DNA of 57,801 nt, counting the filler, from Platydemus manokwari (Eukaryota), in assembly GCA_037951405.1 (NCBI GenBank). It is 5 parts of 5 records of this genome, joined end to end, with 100 filler letters (N's around TTAATTAATTAA, not from the genome) between each part and the next. Parts side by side here need not be neighbours in the genome. Positions count along the whole stretch, not along the records: positions 34,250 to 45,103 come from JBBMOY011100665.1; positions 45,204 to 57,801 come from JBBMOY010061124.1; 3 more parts are not named here. The stretch is one strand, 5' to 3'. The translations under genes and the position numbers were made by a program. Below are positions 42,473 to 54,239 of the stretch, one piece after another; positions within the stretch are counted from its first letter, which is position 1, and every line of letters begins with the position of its first letter. The notes under the pieces are model-generated. The model made no database searches. It had not been told where the DNA came from and saw nothing but the letters and a program-made list of their open reading frames with translations.

Positions 42473-43511
42473 TCTACTGGTTATCACAAGAAATAGCAAT
42501 GGTAGTAACCATGTCCACTTGACAGTTTGCAGACAGATTGCAGTCAGTAATAGACAAAGTAGGTTATTAATTTTCTCTGTATTCTAAATTCAGTTTTAAA
42601 ATTTTTCAAAATATAATGAAAGTGGGTTACTAGTGGTCCCAAAGAGGGCGGAGAAGAGGGTAGAAGAATTTAAAACACTGACAATCAATATATAAATATA
42701 TTATTTATAATTCCAAGTTTTAATTATATTAAAATATTTTTTGACACTATTGTATTTTTTATATTATTTTGATAATTACGCTAACAAGTTTTTATTCTTC
42801 TCGACTGGTTCTTAGGGGACTTCAATAACGGCTATTGAGGACTACGCTATTAGAATTATTTTATTGAATAAATCTAAAGGTTTTTTAAAATTTTGACCAA
42901 CGTTGCCTAGAGCTAAGTTCAATATTATGAAATTATTAAATTAAGTGAGCTCTTAGTTTCTCTAAATTGAAATATAAATTATTAACTTTTATGTTATCTG
43001 ACAACAAATTTATGTCTATACTATATTGTGTTAATATAATCGAGAACAAAGTCATCATGTGCAAAAACTTTATAAAATTATAACGACGATTGAAAAATAA
43101 CACAAAAATCTAATTCAATACGAGCGCATCAAAACAATGAGTAACTGGAAGTCCGAAGCTGACGAAGAAGAGGGTTGACTAAGAGGATATTATTTTTCGA
43201 CAAGACTTCGTATAATAATAAATATTGAATATACAAAATTAGCGTATTAATAAATTATGATTATGAATATTATAATGAAAAGAACTTTTAAACAAGTAAA
43301 GAATCAACCCTACTACGATCAAAATAATTTAACAAAGTGAACCTCTGAAAGAATAAACAATGAATGCTTCTTTTCGATTCAGATAATATAAAGTTCCTAG
43401 TCCAAAATCTCTGCTAAGAAAAGCTTTAAATATGAATTTTTAGGTGTCCATACATTCAAGCAATTTAACCGATTAACAATTATATATAGATCAAATTCTT
43501 ATGAGAGTAAC

Positions 43512-43757
43512 TTCTAGAACAGGGGTCTCCAAAGTACGGCTCACAAACTTACTATGAAACACACGAACATTATGACAAAATTAAGTGATACACATATTCG
43601 ATGTAAGATATTAAAATTTTTTGAAAATAACAGGATAATTAATAAAAAATATTTTGGCTAATTTGAGTTTTTTGTAAACCTATCATAGCCCTCCAAATTT
43701 TAAAATATCAGCAATGTGGCCCTTTGCTGAAAAAGTTTGGAAACCCCTGTTCTAGAC
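43512..43757. mobile_element. hAT (Charlie-type) MITE, 230 bp
   Basis: TIRs CAGGGGTCTCCAAA (43520) and TTTGGAAACCCCTG (ending 43749). The 8-bp TSD TTCTAGAA/TTCTAGAC (7/8 match) fits the NTCTAGAN preference of Charlie elements. Confidence 0.85.
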
Positions 43758-44380
43758 GATAAGCAATTCTTTGTGTGTATCTATTAAGTGAGTTTCAAGT
43801 GGTGGTAGAATTGCGATTCTGATCGGCTATCTATACTAGCCTGATCAGTGAGTGATTTATAATTAATCTATTCTTTGAATGGCTTTCTTATCGTATCTCT
43901 GCCTATTTAATTTTTTTTAATTATTGATCTTATTTAATATTTATTTGATTTATCAGAAAATCGTGTCTAAATTCTTCATCACATTCTTTTCCTCAACAAT
44001 AATATTTAATCAACAATTCAACAATTCACAATAAATATTATCTTCACAAATATAAATTAAATGTGATCAATTATTATATCAACTAAAAGTTCAAATAAAT
44101 AATATTTAATCAATAATGAACAACAATACTAATGGAAAACAATCATCAATTATTATTAAAAGTTCACAAATAAATATTTAATCAAATAAATGTCTATGAA
44201 TAGATTTCGCTTTCAAATTTAAATTGAATAGGAACTGGTTATTTTGGATTTCGAATGAATAGGGATTGATCGATTTGGATATTTTCTTCTATGAATGAAT
44301 GTAATTGTGATGTGATGTCTATGTTACATGTGTATTATATTGTATTATTTAGTGTAATCGCTCTGCTCGGTGATCCCAAC

Positions 44381-44412
44381 AGGCATATCACATTACGTTA
44401 TGTGATATGCCT
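44381..44412. repeat. Near-perfect 32-bp palindrome/hairpin
   Basis: AGGCATATCACAT-TACGTT-ATGTGATATGCCT (13-bp perfect stem). Confidence 0.85.
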
Positions 44413-45103
44413 ACGTGTACACCATGGTCATCATCATCGGAATTGATTGCACTACCATAGTTAAGGTACAGATTCTGTGATTTCTATTCTAGAATTACTG
44501 GTCTGCAGTTTGTATATTATGAATTATATATGATGTCTAATTATATGTTGTGTGGTATACTGTGTGGTGTGCTTCCCAATAAATAAACATATAACGTTTC
44601 ACCTTTTTATTGCGAAAATGAAACTGGTTCTAATAAGTAGAATTAAAAAGCATATTTGATGTTCAGATTTTGAAGATTTTAAATAATTATTTATAAAATT
44701 CCATTAAATTTGGTTTTGCTTAACCAGTTTCAATGATTTTGATAATAAATTTATGTTGATTAAATTATAATTGTAAATTATAATAACTTTGTGACACATA
44801 GCAAAGAGAAACAGAAATAGTAACATATCCTGTCAATGATGTAGCTTTTAAGGAAGAAATTTTCTCTACATCGAGATAAATAGAGAATCTTATTAAAATA
44901 TCCAAACAATTGACTAAAATTGAATAAGTCAGGTACTGACCGTTAATAAAATTTGATATTGAGATAAAATGGAATTGAAATAAAAAAGAAAATGTATTGT
45001 TTAGATAAGAAATAACTTTATTGTTTCAGGAATTTTGAATTAAATAATTGGCATTATTGGTTTTTATTGTAATTACTTGATAATCTTCATAAAAACAATA
45101 ATA

Positions 45104-45203
45104 NNNNNNNNNNNNNNNNNNNNNNNNNNNNNNNNNNNNNNNNNNNNTTAATTAATTAANNNNNNNNNNNNNNNNNNNNNNNNNNNNNNNNNNNNNNNNN
45201 NNN
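45104..45203. other. Artificial contig-joining spacer
   Basis: 44 N + TTAATTAATTAA + 44 N. Confidence 0.97.
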
Positions 45204-45240
45204 TCTTCAATTTAATATTTAAAAATGAAAAGCCAATTTA

Positions 45241-45272
45241 AAAAAGGCCATTATTTTTGCACCAACCTAATA
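45241..45272 (+). mobile_element. Mariner-type right terminal inverted repeat followed by TA
   Basis: AAAAAGGCCATTATTTTTGCACCAACCTAA|TA resembles the Hsmar1/MADE1-type TIR (reverse complement of TTAGGTTGGTGCAAAA...). Confidence 0.65.
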
Positions 45273-45760
45273 TGTAATTATAATACATCAATTTTCAACA
45301 AATGTTAGATTATTTTCCCCCTTCTTCATTTGCTCACATTTTTATTTTTGAATTTTTATTTTTTATAAAAAATTATTTAAATTTTATTTTAAAAATTGAG
45401 AGTACGATAATGTTTTTATATTTTTAATATAATTATTTCAAAATATTTTTTAATTATTAATTTTAATAATTATCTAAATTTGAATTCTCAATCATTATTT
45501 GAAATTTAATTTATTTTTTTATTGATTTATTTATCAAAATTTTTATTAGCATTGGTAATAGAAAAGTAATTACGGACCCTGATGATTTATAATAGAGATT
45601 TATGAAGTTTAATTCCTTATTTATAGATAGAATAAATAAAACAACTTCATTATTATTATTTAAACAAGAGTTATTAAAAATATTCTCATTTTTAATTTCA
45701 AAGGTGATTTGAAATCAATCAATTAATTAATTAAATCCTTATTATTTAATAATTATGTAG

Positions 45761-47442
45761 GGCTCTCTGCACAGTCTGATCAATAATTCTGGCCCACTCT
45801 CTCATGAGAAAATTATTCATTTTTGTAAACAAATACTTCATGGATTAGCATTTCTCCATGAAAACAAAATTATGCACAACAATATTAAACGTAATTGTTT
45901 TCTCATCATCTTTTCTGATAAATAAATAAATAAATAAATAGCAAAGAATATTCTCCTGGACTTGAAAGAAAATGTAAAACTGGGTGACTTTGGATTTGGT
46001 GACATTTTAGGATCGATCTCCAAACCGAACATTGATGACAATAATAATAATTATCAAAATAGAAATGCTAACGCTTATTATATGGCTCCTGAAGTCATCA
46101 ACGGAAAAGGTTATAGCTATGCAGCGGATATTTGGTCATTTGGAGCATGTGTGGTAGAAATGATGACAGGTTTTTCTATTTTATCAATATTTTTCGTCTA
46201 TTTTACTGACTTTAAACTAAATTATATTACAAGTTTATTTGCAACTACAGAGTTCTGTCGATAAGAAAATTGGATCGAGTACGTTGAGGAATACTGGTCG
46301 AGGATTTATTCCTGGCATCACTAGGAAATACTTTTACCGGTGTTCGCAATAACTGTTACTCACGCCCTTAACTCTAATACAAAACCGGTATTCAGAAATA
46401 CTTTTAAGAATACCCTCTAAAATAAATGAAATATTTAATTAAAGCTACATGTTGGTAGAATTGTATTTTCTTTTAATAGCAGTATTTAACTGACTGCCAT
46501 GCCTTTCGATGGCAACACTGTGCAGCAATTTCTCTCCTGTTTATAAAATGCTGAGACAATAATTATCAATATTTTCCTAATTTTGGAATTTATTACTATA
46601 TATAAATTTTAATTTTAATTTAAATAAATAAATTGTATTTCATGTTAATATTTTTGACAATAATTATTTTCTTTTATTATTATTATTATTATTATTTATT
46701 TTTAACTCTAAAAATATTGAGTTCAATTCTTTTGTTGATAGTTGATAGTTTTCTATTATTTTAATTTTTTATTTGTTGGGGTCTTCATAATTACTGAAAT
46801 AGAAATCATAAAATTATAAGAGATGGGAGTGTTGATTTCAATTCCTAATCATTTGACCGGTTTGATTGGTTTGAAATTCTGTTTGGCACTTATGATAGAT
46901 CTTTAATATAACCAAAATGTATTGTTGTTTCCAATTCCCAATTCTGTTATAAAGTCTTAGGCGTTTGACAGATCACCATGGCTTATTAACACTCACTACA
47001 GCACAACGTTCATTTTGGCGAAAAACTCGGACTTAGAGATTTATAAAGTTTAATTCCATATTTATAGATAGAATAAATAAAACAACTTAATTATCATCAA
47101 GAAAATCGGGATAAATAAATCAAGAGATTCCATAACAATTTACAATAAACTCCAACTCTTTAATTGTAGAAATTCTATCAACATTCTCGAACAACCAAAT
47201 GATTACCAAATTCATTTAGTATCCATTCAGGTAAACCTCCATATGCTGAATTGATACCAAATGCTGCTATGTTTAAAGTTGGCACTACGAGAAAAATAAT
47301 CTTCCAGCCATCTGAGCCAATGTCCAGAAATATGATATCGTTCATCAAACAAATATTCAATCCCAATCCCGCAGACCGGGCCACTGCAGAAACTTTATTG
47401 CAATTTGTGGTTGAAAACAATTTATTAAAATTTCAATCTTAG
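45761..47442 (+). CDS. STE11/MAP3K-family (MEKK2/3- or MAP3K19-like) kinase domain, 3' part; probable pseudokinase
   Basis: Exons 45761-45890, 45942-46169 and 47231-47442 splice in frame: GSLHSLIN..GPL...KQILHGLAFLHENKIMHNNIKPKNILLD...VKLGDFG...YYMAPEVI...ADIWSFGACVVEMMTGKPPYAE...AAMFKVG...DRATAETLL. The N-lobe is missing because the contig starts at 45204. Confidence 0.85.
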
Positions 47443-50400
47443 CTCTATCTTCATATCAAGTTTTCAACCAGTGCTTTATTCTACTTTATTTTTTACTATC
47501 TATTTTGGCCTTTTAATATATTTTTTTCTTAAATTTACTAATTCTAAAAGCTGTTAGATTTATTTTTGTCATTTTTTTTGCTTTTTTACATCAATACATT
47601 TGGCTTTTTATATCATTGTTATTATACAGCTATTATTAATTTAAACAAAGATGGAGAAAGTGAACTGGAACTCCAAAATTGAAACTGTTACTTGACTTAA
47701 CATTAAAGTGCTTTATTCTATCAAATTATGATCACTATAATTATTAATTGATTGGGTTGATTTTAATGTTGTTATTATTAGCTTTTATTGGTCCTAGGGG
47801 GCTTCAGTAACCCATTTAGAGACGAAATATCTAAAGGTTGAAACTATATAAATTATTGACTGTTGCAACAATGATTATTTGTCTCGCTGCAGTAGGTTTG
47901 ACAGGTCCTTAACGTACACAACAATAAATGAATATAATAATTATTATTCAATGTGCATAAATATATAATAGATAAGATAATAACTCGGTTGATATCAATA
48001 AGTTTTATTTAAGAAAACGAAAATTCAATGAGTTATAAGAACACAAAAATTTACCAAATAGGCCACGCACTATTCAGGTAGATTGCTGCTAAATATCCAC
48101 AGGAGGGATATCGGTAAACCAAATGGAGGCAACTGTTAATGAAATATTAATTAATTTAATTAAAGGTTAATTAGAGGTTAACTGTTATTACGACTGTGCA
48201 GCGTTTAAATATAATTTAAAGTCTACTCACTCAAGAATCAATAAATCTCCTTTGACGTGTCGAAATCTGCCTTCCTTTAGAGTAAGTAGCGGGTAAATTT
48301 AATGAAATACTCTGTCTTTATGTTCTATTTTTCTACCGATGCTTATCGTTTATTCTACTTCCATTTATTTTAAAATTTTATTTCTATCATAATTTTTCTT
48401 TTTTTCCATTTCCGTGTTTGGTTACTATTTTTATTTCTCAATAAACTGATTTGCCATTTTTATGCCTTGCTTCAATTTTGATTACTTTTTAAAAGTCAGA
48501 TTACATATTATTATTATTCGGGCATCGCTTGTTGCGATTTTATTATCAATATAATTCTACTAATACTGTTGTGGCTTTTGGGGGTCTATACTATTTCGTT
48601 ATTAAATTAGTTTGATATTTAATTTTAATTCGATTTGGTAATATCTGAGTCTTATCAGTACTCTGGAGTTCTGATGACCCACAGATAACCACTAAGCGTA
48701 TTATTATGCTGTTCCTTCCCATCGATCAACACTGATTCATGTATGGAGACTGGATGAGGGTCTCTAGATACTACTACTTAAACGATTTTATAACTAATTA
48801 TTAAACTTTCTGCCTAGATTGCAGATTCCAAAAGGTAATAAATTAATTATGATGTCGATACTTTTATTACAAATGAAATGAATCCTTATGGCACTTCTTC
48901 TTTTATATACACTTTTATTGATATAAATTACTAAAGTTATACAACTATTAGCAATGAGTCTATAACTCATCTGGTAATATTGATTCCATTCATTTTTTAT
49001 TGGTTTTAAAATTATATGACTTTTTTCTTATTAATTTATTTAACTGCAGTGGTTCCATAATCTCATCATAAATATATTTTATTGCTTATTGCTGGACTGG
49101 AATATCGATTTTAGTATATTTAGAAAAAATTTAAACATTTTCACAACAAAATTTTAAGACTCCATATAAAAAAGAGAGAGATAATTATCATTTATTGTAC
49201 TGTGGCCAGATCTAAATCACAAGTTCAATATTAAGTTCAATACAAAGAGACGGAATAATAAGCTTATTTGAAGGTAACTTACGAGGTTGACTTATATTTC
49301 TACGTAAGTTTCGATGTTGGTTTTTACAAAATTTAAGATTTTGCCAAATACCACTTTGTAGATGGTTTGAAGTGCATGCTTTTGTTTGAATTTTGTGGTT
49401 GCCTAAATAATAATAATAGTAATAATATAAAAATTATAACAGTATAATAAAGACAATATAACATAACGATCTATTCAAATCCCAAGGATAATTTCACAAT
49501 ACTTATTAATATTTTAACTTTTATTTAAGAGCCTAATTAATTTGTTAATGTGCTCAACCGACCGAGTTATCGGTGACTTTGTAAATCTGTCTGAATGTTT
49601 ATCTAAATCAGATTATGTCCTTTGATTTGACAGGAGTGTCAGTGGGACTTCTGTATTACTAACCTTTATTAGTAATTTGGTCTGTGCTGATATAGGTTGT
49701 ATGGCCAACAGCAATATTAGTTATTTATATCCTTATCTTTAAAAAATGGATTTTTAATTACATCTCTTCTTTTTATTATTTTAATAGATTATTATTATTA
49801 ATTATATTTAGATCACTACAAAATTGTGTTGGTGATTCAGCATTTCACATCAACATACACCAATTTGAAAAGAAAATATTATTTATGAGATATTATTATT
49901 TCAATGTTTTTATAAGATTTTATTGGTACATGATGAATGATTATCATTAGTACATTTTTTATTGGATGAAACTGGTTACTTTGTGATCGATGCGCATACT
50001 TTAAATGAAATACAATAATAATCTGGTATAAATCAAAACATTGGCTGCGTATTAATAATAACAATTTTTATCGAGTACATTCGATTTAATGATGTGAATA
50101 ATTACAAAAATATTGAGTCTATCTGGTGTAGAGCACAATAGGTACTCGTGTTCTAACTATATCTGACTCCAAAAGACAATTTGATCACTAAGTTATATTC
50201 AAATGACAAAGTAAGCTCTTTGTACACAAAAGGGTTAAGCTCTTAAATATAAGTTTGATAAAATTCGATCTTGTCCGAGCACAAATTTGAAATTACTAGC
50301 CGAGGATCTGTTATTGTCTTGTTACAACTACAGTAGATATTACTACGATGCAAACTACTAGTGTTCGCAACTACTATCACGTACGCACAATATATTTTAA

Positions 50401-51852
50401 TTTATATGCTACGATATTCGAGAAACTATCCTCGAATATTCTGTTTTAGTTCTAAAATAAATTGTAATAATAATAACCTGATGTCTTCTTTTTTTTTGAG
50501 AGCAAACATTATTTTCTTTGATTCTTAATAATTAATCAATATCTTCTTGATTTCTTAATAACGGAAATCGACTACTGATTGACATTTCTTATATTCTCAG
50601 TTTTGATAGCAGTACTTGAAGCAAATTTCTCTGTCCCTGTGTTGACATGCAGAGTCAACTGCTAAATATAATCAATAACTTCCTTCTTATGGAATTATTG
50701 ATTATTTTATTATTTTGATTCAGATAAACAATAATAAATATTTTTATAATTATTTTTTAATTATTTATTAACTATCATTTTAATCTAAAATTTATTTTCA
50801 GCAATAATAATTTTATTTTAGAAATTATTATTCTATTATTTATTTCTATTATTTATTTCAGTCTTCAATATTTTTTTATCTGGTATTCATTTTCATTTAC
50901 TTTGTCTCAATTAATTTTTATTAACTTAATTTATTAATTATTTTTAATTGACGGACTTTTCAAAAATAAAACAAATCAATTTGTATTGCATAAAAATAAA
51001 TTAAAAAAATAATTAACGATGGAAAGTAAATAACTAATGAATTAGGATTGCAGTTTAATAAGTTAATGTAGCGCGATGTTTCTGAAGGAAAAACAACGAA
51101 TCAATCATTAGCAATTCGTAGACTCTGTAAAGATTCGTTAGGAATTTATTTGTATTCCAAAAATTTTGATAAAATTGTAATAAAAAGTGGGAATTTTTCA
51201 AATTGATTTTTTCAGTAATAATTTGTAACTTCAAATAGCTAATAATTTTGCGAGGAAATGCACTGACTTCTGATTTTGTTATCGGTAAATTGATTCTAAA
51301 TAATTTTTAAACTATTGTATTGAAATGTGTTTCGACTAATGTAAGGCTCATTTTGTATTCTTGCTTACAAATTCTGTACAATTTAGTAGTTTTAAATCAG
51401 CATCAATATTGGGACTGACATTCACTGTCAAGATTTTTACATGGTGCTCAATTTACTAATTATGTTTAGTCATTTCTATATCGACTGATTTATAATAAAT
51501 TGTTCTTTTAATCTTATCTATTGATCATTTTATGCAGATAAAATATATTTTATATTTGTAATCAATTTCATCCAATAGAAATCAAGATAAATATTTATTA
51601 TTATTTAATCTCCATTTATTTATTTTATAATTCATATTAAAATTAAAACAATAATCAATAATATTTTCAAAATGTCAACTTGTGTCAAAGATTATCTTTC
51701 TATCAAGAAAACAAGTACAAAAGATCAGATCAAGAATTATTATAATCGTCGATCTCATTTGATGACAAACACAAAATATTGTATAAAACCATCTTTACAA
51801 ATATTTCACAAATCTCAATCAATACAATATCCAAATCAAACATTTATTGATA

Positions 51853-52107
51853 NNNNNNNNNNNNNNNNNNNNNNNNNNNNNNNNNNNNNNNNNNNNNNNN
51901 NNNNNNNNNNNNNNNNNNNNNNNNNNNNNNNNNNNNNNNNNNNNNNNNNNNNNNNNNNNNNNNNNNNNNNNNNNNNNNNNNNNNNNNNNNNNNNNNNNNN
52001 NNNNNNNNNNNNNNNNNNNNNNNNNNNNNNNNNNNNNNNNNNNNNNNNNNNNNNNNNNNNNNNNNNNNNNNNNNNNNNNNNNNNNNNNNNNNNNNNNNNN
52101 NNNNNNN
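51853..52107. other. Assembly gap (255 N, no linker)
   Basis: Run of N without the TTAATTAATTAA tag. Confidence 0.97.
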
Positions 52108-52686
52108 GTTCTAACTGGAAAGTAAATTTAATGTTTGTTTTAATCGATCCATAACTTTAACTGATATAATAATTCTCTTTGTTATCACGATGCGCATTAT
52201 ATAAAATATCAAACTTCAAGACATGAACAGTTGTAATTAAGGCAAACAAATATTTCTTAATAGTAATAATAAGCAGACAATAAGCAGACGTCTGATGCGT
52301 TTTAGCCACGCTACATACTGATGTTGTGCAATATATTTATATAAAGAAAACAATGCCATCATTTCCCAACAATTATTAAATAAATTATTATCTTTATTAA
52401 AATAATCAATTTCAAACATTAAAAATTATTACAATAAAACAACAAGAACAAGAAGTTCACTATTTCGCTGTCCGCCTTTATCAAGTTGAAATTTAAATGA
52501 GACGATTAAATCAATCATTTCCTCTTTTTTTCTTTGGTTGAAATCTAAACCTTCTCATAACCCAAATGATCATTTTAAATTCCGTTTTGAAGTTTGAAAA
52601 TGTTAATTAAAAAATTTAAAAATAACAAAAACAATTTCCAACAAAAGAATCTCAAATAATTTTCAAAAATATATCGAAATATATCC

Positions 52687-53673
52687 TTAATGATAAAAGT
52701 CGTCATTGTGTGCAATATAATGCTTGTTGTGCCAAGTGTGTCTATTTGTGTCTGTAACTAAATATTGAATTTTAATCTCATCAAAAATGAGTGTAAATGA
52801 ATTTGCAATCAAGTTCAATTTGAATCAATAATTAAAAACGTAATAATTAATGCAAATACAACAAATTTTATCGATAAACTCACTATTTCTGGAATTTCTG
52901 ATACACCATTGTACACCGCACCAAACATTTATGAGGAATGATATGAATAAACTGAAAACCAGCCCGATTAAAACAAAATCTCGCAATTTCAGATGACCTA
53001 AATATAATTTATGTTATCAAAAATCAATAATAAAAATATATTTATTCAATCATATATTGATTATAAAGAGAAAATAGGAAACCGAAAAATAAATATTTGT
53101 TATATAAATAGATAATTTTAAATTATATTTGCTAAAAAAACCTGGTTTAAAAAAATCACTATCACCATTCGTACTGAATTCCTCTAAAATCGGTGGTTTC
53201 AATGTCGCTGATTTGATTGGTTGAGTAGGATTGGAATCAGGAGTCATTGTAATATTAACAATGTTCGAAGCAGATTGACCTTTGAATTTGCAAATGAATT
53301 GTAATTGTTTCCTATTATGCACATTTGCTTTCGATATGGCATTGAAACGATATGAATATATTAAACTCGTTGGCGATTCATAAAGAAGACATTGAAACGA
53401 TTGATTGCCAACCATTTTACGGTTGCATGAACTATCTGTGCATTTGTCCAAAGAATCACAATTACTGATACATATTGACTCATTCTCATGAAAAGGACAT
53501 TCCAAAAGTGTCTTGAAACCTTTGTCAATGGTATCGCCAAAAATTGAACAGTTCACCATTAAATCCTCTCCAAATCTGAGTGATGTCGGTCGAATACCAA
53601 CATTGATGATAAAGCTTGAACCAGGTTCAGTGAAAGACATGATTGTAATGAACAAGATTGTACCAATGGCCAT
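52687..53673 (-). CDS. Uncharacterised single-pass type I membrane protein (signal peptide, Cys-rich possibly Ig-like ectodomain, Pro/Ser/Thr stalk, TM, short tail)
   Basis: Exons 53673-53142, 52997-52884 and 52757-52687 splice in frame. Hydrophobic N-terminus MAIGTILFITIMSF; GEDLMVNCSI...FICKF Ig-like Cys pair; TM FVLIGLVFSLFISFLINVWCGVQW; tail ending HYIAHNDDFYH*. Confidence 0.72.
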
Positions 53674-54239
53674 TTCTAAATTCCACAAATGACAGAACTC
53701 CTACATCAACGAAATAAAAATTGTTTTACCAATCACAAATTTTAGAAATTGATGAGAATATGATCAATATATAAAAATTCCATTAGTATAGAATATTATT
53801 TATCACCTTTTGATTGGCTGAAATCATTACACAGATGCAAATAACAAATTCTACAATGCTGATTTTGTGATAACGTATCGGTTTTGTTGTTGATAAATTA
53901 TTATCAAAAACTATTAACATTTCTCAAATATAAATTATTTAAAATCCTTACGGAAAATTTTCCATCGATCATAGAATATTTATTTTTGTAAATCAGATGT
54001 AATTTTCGTAATTTTACTAAAAATAAATGATGAGAAAAACAAATGTTAAATATCATAATTGTGATTAATGTGGTGTATGTGTGTGCATAAATAATAATAT
54101 CGGAGGTGTTTCATTATCAAATTATAATATAGATATAATATAATGTAGATATCATAATTAATTATGATTATATATAATTTTTGAAAGGCAAATCGTTTTA
54201 ATTCTATGGGAAAACATTTCCAAAACTTTAATGATTTTA

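Noticed and set aside
46250-46410. GC-richer intronic block as a snoRNA/snRNA
   Set aside because: No clear C/D or H/ACA boxes and no spliceosomal RNA signature.
51672-52154. ORFs spanning the N gap
   Set aside because: They are artefacts of translating N as X.
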